Shown: one piece after another, positions 21,298 through 29,717 of the stretch
Layout: each line of letters starts with the position of its first letter
Position numbering within the stretch: the first letter of the stretch is position 1
Assembly (NCBI GenBank): GCA_963845565.1
Contig: CAWJSJ010000005.1
Span: 288,001 to 352,000 of the forward strand
Direction: 5' to 3'
Length of the DNA stretch: 64,000 bases
Source: an uncultured Methylomirabilota bacterium
GTDB taxonomy: Bacteria > Methylomirabilota > Methylomirabilia > Methylomirabilales > 2-02-FULL-66-22
Translations under genes and position numbers: made by a program
Notes under the pieces: generated by a model
The model's database searches: none
What the model was told of the DNA's origin: nothing
The model's input: the letters and a program-made list of their open reading frames with translations, nothing else

Positions 21298-23736
21298 ATG
21301 GGAGACGACGCGTTCGATGTGGCGCCCGGACGGCATCCCGTATCGGCGCAGGCGGCGCTGACGATCCTCGGCGTCCGCGGGAATGACGCCACGCATCTGC
21401 TGCAGGCGCTGCCATTCTCGCGGGACGACGCCACGGCGGGAGTCGAGAACGAGCTCCAGGCGGTCGTGCTGGGGGGCACGGGGGATGTGGATTTGCCCTG
21501 CACTATCCGCGAGTCCAATTACTACGCCAACTGCGTCAAGCGGCGCGCGGCAGGCACCATCGGACGCCAGGGCATTCGCGGGTTGGAGCGCTACCTCGAC
21601 CAGAACCCGGACGGCGTGTGGGAGAACAGTTGGGTCCGATTTCCGGCGCGGGTCCTCAGTCCCACCGCGCGGGACACGCTGGATTTCGACCTGCTGGCCG
21701 ACAAGACCAATCCCGGCCAGGGGCAGCGGGACGATGCCGGTCGCTTCTTCTTCCACGCCGCGGGGGAAGAGTGGATTCGCGTTCCGATCAGTTACCTCCT
21801 CAAGCTGTCGCTGGCGGACGTCCTGGGCTCCGGCCCCGGTGTGTCCGCGACGATTCAGCAGGCCGGACGCGGGCTTCTCGATCACTTCTCCAACGACAAC
21901 ACCTCGCCGGAGATCCAGTCCTTTTTTGTCATTCCTCTCTCTGCCGCCGGCGGCATGGGGAAGGCGGTGGCGCGCGAGACGGCCAAGCGCTTCCTTCTGA
22001 CGCAGCTCCTGACGTCCTACGCGAATCTCAAATTCGAGTTGGCCGCCCGCGGCCAGCGGGCCTTGGTGTATTTCGCACCCCATCCGCCCGTCCGCCAGCG
22101 GGAGCTGAACGATTGCGTGGCCGACGCGTTCTACCGGGACCTCTTCATGAGTCCCTGCCTTTCCGGGTGGAGCTGCGGGGAAGCCAAGCAGCAATACATG
22201 CACATGTGCCACCGGGTCTTGAGCCGGAGCCAGCTCAACGCCGTGGCGAAGCTTCGCGAAGCCGGCATCATCGTGAATGACCTGATCGTGCTTCCGACCA
22301 CGTCCAACATCAGCCTGGCCAACAACGGGACGCACGTCAGTCTGGGCAGCACCATGCTCTCCCGCGCCCTGGGTGAGGCCGGGCGTGGTTTCACGCCCGC
22401 CCACGAGAAACTGCTCGGGGATCTGGCGATCAAAATGGTCGAGCACTTCCTTCCGCTCTTCGTCGGAACCTACACCGCCGATCCCTACCGCTTGGCGTTC
22501 TCGGACTTTCACCCGGAACGCGTCCTGGGATACCTCCCCCACGAGCTGGATTACACGCACCTTCGCATGCTCTGGCAGCGGTGGCGCAAGAAGGCCAAGC
22601 TGCGCGTCCTGGGTCGTCCGCTGACGCCGTTTGGCCCGCGATGGATTGACGACCTGTTGGCGCGCGTGTTCCGCCTCCGGGGCGACCTGGTTACGGATTT
22701 CCGGCTGCTGGACTATCTGGTGGCGCTGATGAGCACGGATCGGAGTCCGGGACTCGATGGCCGCCTCGGAAACTGGGACCGCCTGAAAAAGGATCTCGCC
22801 GACCTGGGGGTGTTTGACGGCCGGATGGCGATGTATGTCCCCTACCGGCTCCGGGAGCACGCCCGTGTGGGTTTCTCGGGGTTCGAAGGCCGTTACTACA
22901 GCCAGTTCGACGGTTTCGCGCAGGACCTGGGGCAGGCGGTCAATCTGCAACTGCTCGTGACCGCCCTGGCGTTCAAGTATATGGCGCAGGGACGGTTCGA
23001 CCACGCCGATATCCCCGACGATCCGACCCTGGAGAGCGAGCGCCGGCAACTCTTCTTTGCGACGGCGATCGGAGTGCCCAGCGTCTTCGTGCATGTGAAT
23101 ACGCGTAACCGGTTTCTCCGGGCGATCCTGGAGCGAGCCAAGGGGGTGCGGGCGAGCCGGCGCCACGCGGGGTACCTGCGGGTGCGGACGCGAGAGTATC
23201 AACGCGCCCTGCTGCGAATCCTTCGATCGGATGCGGCGGACCTCGCGGAGGCCTTGGGCCTGGAGTCCACGCTTGACGACCTGGCGCTCCGGCTGGAATA
23301 CCCCGAGGAACGCTCCGCTGCGGGCCGGTTGACCCGCGGCATTCTCGACAAGGCGGGCGCGGCCTCGGCCCTCGGCCTCGACGCGCGGGAGTTCAACCTC
23401 TGCGCCGAGTCGCACTACCGCGAGGATCTCCGTCGGCGACAGATGGCAGAAGCGCTGGAAGTGCTGGCGGAGGACCTCCGGATGCTTGACCGCCGGGCGG
23501 TCGCCGTCGGCCAGGCGGGGGGCCTGCGCGCGGCGGCCGGCGAGCGAGGCGGCGCCGCGTTTGTGGCCGGAGTTCGCGACGACATCCTGCGGGAGCGAGC
23601 GTCCCTGGAGGACGTGCAGCGCCTGGTCGCACTGCTGGTGCTCAGCGTTCACCATGACACGAAAGAGGCGGAGCGACATCTTCATGCGCCGACACCCGTG
23701 GCGGCCTCTGCGCCATCAATATATCGAGCGGCATAG
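21298..23736 (+). CDS. Large hypothetical protein (~812 aa) with glutamine synthetase/glutamate-cysteine ligase-like catalytic motifs
   Basis: GGGAGGA RBS; GVENELQ (ExE), TSPE, NNGTHVSLG (GxH), FEGR (ExR) in GS/GCS order; the function call is an inference. Confidence 0.6.
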   Translation: MGDDAFDVAPGRHPVSAQAALTILGVRGNDATHLLQALPFSRDDATAGVENELQAVVLGGTGDVDLPCTIRESNYYANCVKRRAAGTIGRQGIRGLERYLDQNPDGVWENSWVRFPARVLSPTARDTLDFDLLADKTNPGQGQRDDAGRFFFHAAGEEWIRVPISYLLKLSLADVLGSGPGVSATIQQAGRGLLDHFSNDNTSPEIQSFFVIPLSAAGGMGKAVARETAKRFLLTQLLTSYANLKFELAARGQRALVYFAPHPPVRQRELNDCVADAFYRDLFMSPCLSGWSCGEAKQQYMHMCHRVLSRSQLNAVAKLREAGIIVNDLIVLPTTSNISLANNGTHVSLGSTMLSRALGEAGRGFTPAHEKLLGDLAIKMVEHFLPLFVGTYTADPYRLAFSDFHPERVLGYLPHELDYTHLRMLWQRWRKKAKLRVLGRPLTPFGPRWIDDLLARVFRLRGDLVTDFRLLDYLVALMSTDRSPGLDGRLGNWDRLKKDLADLGVFDGRMAMYVPYRLREHARVGFSGFEGRYYSQFDGFAQDLGQAVNLQLLVTALAFKYMAQGRFDHADIPDDPTLESERRQLFFATAIGVPSVFVHVNTRNRFLRAILERAKGVRASRRHAGYLRVRTREYQRALLRILRSDAADLAEALGLESTLDDLALRLEYPEERSAAGRLTRGILDKAGAASALGLDAREFNLCAESHYREDLRRRQMAEALEVLAEDLRMLDRRAVAVGQAGGLRAAAGERGGAAFVAGVRDDILRERASLEDVQRLVALLVLSVHHDTKEAERHLHAPTPVAASAPSIYRAA

Positions 23737-24715
23737 CGCCGCAGTCCGGACCGAGCGTCTGTACGGCGACCGGATCGTCTCCTTTCTCTACGCCGACCTC
23801 TGGGAGAAGGGACCGGCGCTCTATTCGCTGCTCACGGCGACCTGGACGTCGCGCCTGCTCGGTTTTCTCAACTACGATTCCCTGCTGGGGGCGAGGGCTG
23901 GAGGGACGGGGGAGTTTTTGAAGCGGAGCGGCGTGGACCTCGGCGAGTGTCTGGAAGCGCCCGACCGTCTCGATACGGCCCGCAAGCTGTTCGAGCGCCA
24001 GATCCGCTATTGGGACTGCCGCCCCATGCCGGACCAGCCCGACATCGCCGTCTGTCCCGCCGACGCCCGGGTCTTGGTAGGCTCGCTGAGCGAGGTGTCG
24101 AGCCTGTACCTCAAGGACAAGTTTTTCGACCTGGAGGAACTGCTGGGAAGAGACCGGCGGTCGTGGTGCCGGGTGTTCGAGGCGGGAGACTTCGCCATTC
24201 TGCGTCTGACGCCGGAGAAGTACCACTACACCCACGTGCCCGTGGCTGGACGCGTGGCGACCATCTACGAGATCCCGGGCCGGTACCATTCCTGCAACCC
24301 GGGCGCAGTGGTGGCGGTGGTCACCCCACACTCCAAGAACCGGCGCGTGGTGACGATCCTCGATACGGACGTGCCCGGCGGATCGGAGGTCGGGGCGGTG
24401 GCGATGATCGAGGTGGCGGCCCTGATGATCGGCGACATTGCGCAGTGCTACAGTGCCGAGCACTATCGGACGCCACAGTCGGCGGCACCCGGGATGTTCC
24501 TGCGGAAAGGGGCGCCCAAGAGCTTGTTCCGGCCGGGCGGCAGCACGGTGGTGCTGCTCTTCGAGCCTGGGCGCGTGGTCTTCGCCGAGGACATCGTCCG
24601 CAACATGTCGCGGGCGGGCGTCGAGAGCCGCTTCGCGGCCGGGTTCGGGCGACCGTTGGTGGAGACGGACGTGATGGTGCGCTCCCCGCTGGCCCGGGCC
24701 GCGCGCCGTCGGTAG
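23684..24715 (+). CDS. Phosphatidylserine decarboxylase-family pyruvoyl enzyme
   Basis: CPADAR, RLTPEKYHYTHVPVAG, KNRRVV, autocleavage motif FRPGGST; overlaps upstream gene. Confidence 0.88.
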   Translation: MRRHPWRPLRHQYIERHSAAVRTERLYGDRIVSFLYADLWEKGPALYSLLTATWTSRLLGFLNYDSLLGARAGGTGEFLKRSGVDLGECLEAPDRLDTARKLFERQIRYWDCRPMPDQPDIAVCPADARVLVGSLSEVSSLYLKDKFFDLEELLGRDRRSWCRVFEAGDFAILRLTPEKYHYTHVPVAGRVATIYEIPGRYHSCNPGAVVAVVTPHSKNRRVVTILDTDVPGGSEVGAVAMIEVAALMIGDIAQCYSAEHYRTPQSAAPGMFLRKGAPKSLFRPGGSTVVLLFEPGRVVFAEDIVRNMSRAGVESRFAAGFGRPLVETDVMVRSPLARAARRR

Positions 24716-24753
24716 GCCGGGAGACGCGGCGACGCACCGACAGGAGGCTCGTC

Positions 24754-25806
24754 ATGGTCAACGATCTGTTCCTCTTCGTGGTGGCGGCCCTTTCGATCTG
24801 GGTGTTGATCTGGGGGTTCCGCACCCTGCCGCAGGAGCAATGGCAGATTGCGGCGGCGATTCCCGTCGCGAAGACCGCGGCGGGGCAGTGGCAGGGGCTC
24901 AATCTGACCTACTACGGTTTGTTCCATGCCGGCGCCTACGCCGCGGGCGTCGCCATGATGCTGGTTCTGCTGGGGGCGGTGGGGGTCTCGCTCCCCGGTA
25001 TCATCACCATGGTCCTCCTGGTCTTGGGGTGCTGCATTCCTGCGTCGAAATTGGTGGCGCGTGTCGTCGAGCGAAAGGCGGCCACATTCACGGTCGGGGG
25101 GGCGGTGTTCGTCGGGATCCTGGTGTGCCCCTGGTTGCTCTTGGGAGCGAATCGCGCCCTCGGGCCGTTCCTGGGGTTCGAGATCCCCGTGACGGCCGGG
25201 CTGGCGGCGGCGTCCATCGGGTACGCCCTGGCGGAAGGTGTGGGTCGCCTGGCGTGCGTGAGCTTCGGCTGCTGCTACGGCAAGCCCGTGTCTCAGATCT
25301 CGCCTCGCCTCCGCCGACTCTTCGAGCGGTACAGCTTCGTCTTCACGGGACAGACCAAGAAGGTGGCCTACGAGGGAGGTTTGGAAGGTGAGAAGGTCGT
25401 CCCGGTCCAGGCGATCACGGCAGTGCTCTTCGTCACCACGGCGCTCATCGCTGCGGAGGTCTTCCTGCGTGGACACCACCGCACGGCCCTGGGCCTCTCC
25501 TTGGCGGTCACCCAAGGCTGGCGGGCGGTATCCGAAACGCTCCGGGCGGATCATCGTGGAGGCGGCAGGGTCAGCGCGTATCAGGTCATGGCAATCCTGG
25601 CCATCGTGTACCTATTCACGGCGCTGCCATTCATCCCTGCCGGGTCCGGGCTCGAGGCCGACATCCTGACGGGGCTTCGAGTGCTGTGGGATCCGTGGGT
25701 GATTCTCTTTCTGCAGGGTTTGTGCCTCGCCATCTTCCTGCGCACCGGCCGAAGCGTGGTGACCGGGGCGACGCTGTCCTTTCACGTCCGGCGGGACCGA
25801 ATCTAG
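24754..25806 (+). CDS. Prolipoprotein diacylglyceryl transferase (Lgt)-like membrane protein, divergent
   Basis: Multi-TM; TYYG, GRLACVSFGCCYGKP, PVQ, WRAVSETLR align with Lgt motifs; AGGAGG RBS. Confidence 0.75.
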   Translation: MVNDLFLFVVAALSIWVLIWGFRTLPQEQWQIAAAIPVAKTAAGQWQGLNLTYYGLFHAGAYAAGVAMMLVLLGAVGVSLPGIITMVLLVLGCCIPASKLVARVVERKAATFTVGGAVFVGILVCPWLLLGANRALGPFLGFEIPVTAGLAAASIGYALAEGVGRLACVSFGCCYGKPVSQISPRLRRLFERYSFVFTGQTKKVAYEGGLEGEKVVPVQAITAVLFVTTALIAAEVFLRGHHRTALGLSLAVTQGWRAVSETLRADHRGGGRVSAYQVMAILAIVYLFTALPFIPAGSGLEADILTGLRVLWDPWVILFLQGLCLAIFLRTGRSVVTGATLSFHVRRDRI

Positions 25807-25830
25807 GTCAATGCATCCCCGTCCCGTGTG

Positions 25831-26697
25831 ATGTCGTTGCCCATCTCACGCGAAACGCACCCTACGCGCTGGAGCGATCGCGCGCGGCGCGCCCGACGCG
25901 CCGGGATGCTGTTGGGCGCCCTCTTGTCAGGTTGCCTCGAAACCGACCTCGCGCACGCCGATCGGGGATCGCACATCCCCCCGGTCGCGGCGGTCGAAAC
26001 TGGAGAGTACCTGGCCCGCGACGACCGGACCGGGGTGGAACTCTGGCGACATGGCTGGACCATCGAGCGGCACATCCAGCCTGACGGTGCAACCCTCCGG
26101 GTTCACCAGGAAGGACGGGGCCGCCGAGGGCGCTCGGCGCCGACGGCATGGGTCGCCGAGACGCATGTGACGCTCCTCGGCGGTGGTTACCGGCTTTCGT
26201 CTTGGCGCGAGGTCCGCGACGCTCAGGGCGCGCTCGTCGAAACGGAGAAGCGGGATCTGGACTCGACCACGGGCGCCGGTCTGGTCGCCATCCGGGACGC
26301 TCGCTCCTGGCGCACTAGCGTTCGCCGCGTCCACGTGACGCGAGGCTCCGTCGATCTGGAAATGCTTCCGGTGGAATTACGTCTGCTCCCCGGCCGGGCG
26401 GACAAGCGGTTTCGATTCGAGTTGATCATGGCGGGGGGAGAGGTGGTCGGCATGGAGGCCACGATCGTGGGCCGCGAGGTGGTCGAGGCGCCCGCGGGGA
26501 CCTTCGAATGCTACCGCATCGAGCTCACGGCGACCGGGGCCTTGGGCCTCGTGGCAGGTCTCGTGCTTCCCAAGACGACACTGTGGCATACGGTGGCGCC
26601 TCCCCACGTCTGGGTGAAGCACCGGGGCCCCGAGGGAGGCGTGGGTTCTCGGGTGATCATCAGGGAACTGACGCGGTTCGAACGGCAAGCCGAATGA
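25831..26697 (+). CDS. Putative lipoprotein, DUF3108-like beta-rich fold
   Basis: Basic n-region RARRARR, hydrophobic stretch, lipobox LSGC; VEAPAGTFECYRIE motif. Confidence 0.6.
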   Translation: MSLPISRETHPTRWSDRARRARRAGMLLGALLSGCLETDLAHADRGSHIPPVAAVETGEYLARDDRTGVELWRHGWTIERHIQPDGATLRVHQEGRGRRGRSAPTAWVAETHVTLLGGGYRLSSWREVRDAQGALVETEKRDLDSTTGAGLVAIRDARSWRTSVRRVHVTRGSVDLEMLPVELRLLPGRADKRFRFELIMAGGEVVGMEATIVGREVVEAPAGTFECYRIELTATGALGLVAGLVLPKTTLWHTVAPPHVWVKHRGPEGGVGSRVIIRELTRFERQAE

Positions 26698-26712
26698 CCT
26701 CCGACCCGGTCA

Positions 26713-26742
26713 TGGTCACGGAATCTTCACAGGTCCGTCATC
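26713..26742 (+). promoter_or_regulatory. Pho-box-like triple direct repeat upstream of ppx
   Basis: GTCAC(26715), TTCAC(26726), GTCAT(26737) at exact 11-bp phase. Confidence 0.65.
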
Positions 26743-26776
26743 GTCTTCTCCCTGAGCCGCTGTTAGCATCCACGAC

Positions 26777-27763
26777 ATGACAAGATTGCTCGCTCTCATT
26801 GAGTTGGGATCCAACGCGACCCGCTTGCTGCTCGCGGAAGTGACGATGGGCGCCGGATACCGGGTGCTACAGCAGAAGCGGGTACAGACTCGCCTCGCCG
26901 GCGGCCCGGAGCGCGAACTTCCTCGTCGGGCGGTGCGCGACACCTTGGCGGCGGTGCGGGGCTTCGTCCGCTCGTTTCGCAGCGGGAACGGGGTCAGCAC
27001 GATCGCCGTCGCGACGGCAGCCGTGCGCGACGCCGAGAATCGGGCCACTCTCCTGAATCCCCTGATCCATAAGTACGGTCTCAACGTGGTGGTCCTCAGC
27101 CCGCACGACGAAGCATGCCTCGGGACGCTCGCCGTCCTCCACCATCTGCCGATGCGGGATGGGCTCGTGGCCGACCTGGGAGGCGGGAGCCTCCAGCTCA
27201 CCAGCGTCCGCGCGGGCAGAGTCGAGGACACCGCGAGTCTGCCTATCGGGGCAGTTCGGATGACCGAGCGCTTCCTCCGGGGTGATCCGCCAGCGGCAGC
27301 GGAAGTCAAGGCGCTGCGGTCGGAGGTCCGGGAACGGCTGCATCGGGCGATGCCATTCCTGGAGTGCCGCGGACGCCTGGTTGGCATCGGCGGCACCGTC
27401 CGGGCTTTGGCGAGTTTGCAGCTGGCCGCGCGGACCGACGAGGCGATGCGACATGGACTCCGCCTCAGTCAGGACGACATCGTCGCCGTGCGAGCGCGCG
27501 TGGAGGCGCTACCGTTGAGCCGTCGCCAATGCGTCCCGGGCCTCAGGCCAGAACGAGCCGACATCATCGTGGCCGGGGCCCTCGTCGTCGAGGAATTGGT
27601 CCGGGCGTCGGGATACCCGGAACTTACGGTGTGTACCTTCGGCGTGCGAGACGGTTACCTGATCCGTCGCACCTTTCCCGACTCCTGGCCGCTACATGGC
27701 CCGGCACCCGTGGTCGCCGAGGCAATGGCGGCCGCGGGTTCGGGCGCTCGACGGTGCGCCTAA
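26777..27763 (+). CDS. ppx: Ppx/GppA exopolyphosphatase family (short form, no HD domain)
   Basis: ELGSN, ATAAVRDAEN, DLGGGS, GIGGT, RADII, GVRDG. Confidence 0.88.
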   Translation: MTRLLALIELGSNATRLLLAEVTMGAGYRVLQQKRVQTRLAGGPERELPRRAVRDTLAAVRGFVRSFRSGNGVSTIAVATAAVRDAENRATLLNPLIHKYGLNVVVLSPHDEACLGTLAVLHHLPMRDGLVADLGGGSLQLTSVRAGRVEDTASLPIGAVRMTERFLRGDPPAAAEVKALRSEVRERLHRAMPFLECRGRLVGIGGTVRALASLQLAARTDEAMRHGLRLSQDDIVAVRARVEALPLSRRQCVPGLRPERADIIVAGALVVEELVRASGYPELTVCTFGVRDGYLIRRTFPDSWPLHGPAPVVAEAMAAAGSGARRCA

Positions 27764-27844
27764 ATTCCACTCGGTCGGCGCCGAACGTGGGCGGCCGAGT
27801 GGCCTACCCACCGCGGGAATCTCCTCATAATCATAAGGGCTCTC

Positions 27845-27920
27845 GGCGGCAAGCTCCTTCCTGTCGGGCATGGCGCACGTTCCGTTGAAGACGGCGCCTT
27901 CTTGAATCACCAGCAGAAGC
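27845..27920 (-). pseudogene. Orphan C-terminal fragment of a bactofilin gene
   Basis: LLVIQEGAVFNGTCAM matches the last beta-helix turn of polymer-forming cytoskeletal proteins; N-terminal part absent. Confidence 0.5.
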
Positions 27921-27941
27921 CGGCGCGAGCCCGCGCCGCGT

Positions 27942-28217
27942 TCATCCTGGCGGGTTCCGCCGAAACGAATGTTCCAAGTGCTTGCGCAGCGCAGCGATCA
28001 GCGCTTCGTCAGGAACCCTCCTCAGGATCATCTGTACGGTGAAGCCGCACACGCGGCAACGCTTGTACACGTATTCCCATCGCTCTCCGCGCTGTGCGTC
28101 GCCGATCTCTTCCATGGCAGAGAAGCAGCACGGTCCCGAATCCGCCGGGGAGACGATGTGCCAAGGGTAGAGGTTTTCCGGCAGCTTCTTGTTGGTGTAC
28201 TCGACGATGGTGGGCAT
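27942..28217 (-). CDS. Small hypothetical Zn-ribbon-like protein
   Basis: AAGGAGG RBS; CC...CxxC cysteines; 91 aa. Confidence 0.7.
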   Translation of the reverse strand: MPTIVEYTNKKLPENLYPWHIVSPADSGPCCFSAMEEIGDAQRGERWEYVYKRCRVCGFTVQMILRRVPDEALIAALRKHLEHSFRRNPPG

Positions 28218-28373
28218 GGCGTCCTGCCTCCTTGTTGCTTTCGCGGGAAGTGCGTCCGCCGGGGGCGAAGCATGGGTGGAGCGTGAAGGTTGACGCTGTA
28301 CCGCGCCTCAGGCGCCATCCGGTCGTCGCGTACCCGGTCGTGGTATACCGCAACTCCAACCCTTCTTTCAGGG

Positions 28374-28790
28374 TCAAGAAAGCGGGGCGAAGGTCTGGGC
28401 TCCGAGCGGGCTGTCGCATTCGCCACGCACTAACCCCGTGATGATGAGGTCCGCGGTTGCGAGGTTGGTGGCCAGAGGCACGTTGTGCACGTTGCAGACG
28501 CGCATCAGCGCCTGGATGTCGGGATCGTGGGGTTGGGCGGTCAGCGGGTCCACAAAGAAGAAGACCGCGTCGATTTCGTTCGAGCCGACGCGGGCGGCGA
28601 TCTGGACGTCACCGCCCTGCGGGCCGCTGAGCACGGTTTCGACCTCGATTCCCACCTTCTCCTTCAGAAATCGCCCGGTGGTCGCCGTGGCGACGAGGTG
28701 GAAGCGTCGGAGTGTCTCGCGGTTGTACGTCGCCCAGGCGAGCAGGTCCACCTTCTTATGGTCGTGCGACACCAGCGCAAGTGCTTTCAT
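28374..28790 (-). CDS. mgsA: Methylglyoxal synthase
   Basis: ALVSHDHKK, ATTG, SGPQGGD, DPLTAQPHD, PLATNLATA; GAAGGAGG RBS. Confidence 0.95.
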   Translation of the reverse strand: MKALALVSHDHKKVDLLAWATYNRETLRRFHLVATATTGRFLKEKVGIEVETVLSGPQGGDVQIAARVGSNEIDAVFFFVDPLTAQPHDPDIQALMRVCNVHNVPLATNLATADLIITGLVRGECDSPLGAQTFAPLS

Positions 28791-29049
28791 GGCAGTCCTC
28801 CTTCGTGAGAAGGGTGCAATGGGGCAGGACTGTCGGGGAAACATCGATCCGGTCGAACGCCCCCTGGCACCCCTCGAAAGATCGAGCAGGGCCCGCGAGC
28901 ACCAGCTTCGCTTCGCTTCGCAACAAGGGTATGACGGAGGAATGAATTTTCCGACCGAGGACCATCACCGCGGGGGGCAAGAAGCCTGCCACGCGATGCC
29001 GGGGAATCCGCGGCAGGCGTTCAGCGCCCGTTCGTTGGATGCCGTCGCC

Positions 29050-29709
29050 TCACCAGATGGACCCGCTGTAGAGATACCGGCCGAGGCCGACCGTGAAGAG
29101 AAAGTTGCCCCACAGCCCATGCTCCAGACTTACGGCGAAGACCGAGCCGGTGCGGTGATAGCGGTACGCGAAGAGCCAACCACCGAGCGTGGACAGGGCC
29201 ATCGCCGTCCAGTTCCCACAGACGGCATGCGCCAGGCCAAAGCTGAGTCCGTTGCATGCGATCAGGATGACGGGATTCGAAAACAGTGAGCCATACCGTG
29301 CGAAGAAGAGGGCGCGGAAAATCACCTCCTGGGGGAGAGCCGACAGTAACGGGTAGAGCAACATCACCACCGCCCAGGTCCCGGGCGTACGGCGTGGGAA
29401 GGCAAGGAAGCGGATCGGGAGGAATACCACCGCGGCGCTCGCAATAAGGGTGCCCGCCAGGACGAAGACCGTCAGGATGCCGGGCAGGTAGGTGCGCAGG
29501 CCGGCCGGGCACCACAGAGACCGAAGGTCCATGGCCCTCGTCCGCACCAGATGGAAGACGCAAACCGCCCCCAGGACAAGGAGGATGGGGACCACACGAA
29601 ACGCGAGTTGGTGTCGGAAAAAGTAGAGGGACGGCGGGAGGGCAAAGAACAACACCGCGCATTCCAGCAGGCGGAGGACCTGTCTACGCGACCTGTCGGC
29701 ATCGAGCAT
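29050..29709 (-). CDS. CPBP-family intramembrane glutamic endopeptidase (Abi/CAAX)
   Basis: QEVIFRA, FGLAH, HGLWGN motifs; multiple TM helices. Confidence 0.85.
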   Translation of the reverse strand: MLDADRSRRQVLRLLECAVLFFALPPSLYFFRHQLAFRVVPILLVLGAVCVFHLVRTRAMDLRSLWCPAGLRTYLPGILTVFVLAGTLIASAAVVFLPIRFLAFPRRTPGTWAVVMLLYPLLSALPQEVIFRALFFARYGSLFSNPVILIACNGLSFGLAHAVCGNWTAMALSTLGGWLFAYRYHRTGSVFAVSLEHGLWGNFLFTVGLGRYLYSGSIW

Positions 29710-29717
29710 CCTGGTCG

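Noticed and set aside
21229..23685. 818-aa minus-strand ORF
   Set aside because: Antisense shadow of the plus-strand gene, which has an RBS, motifs and operon context; long shadows are expected at high GC
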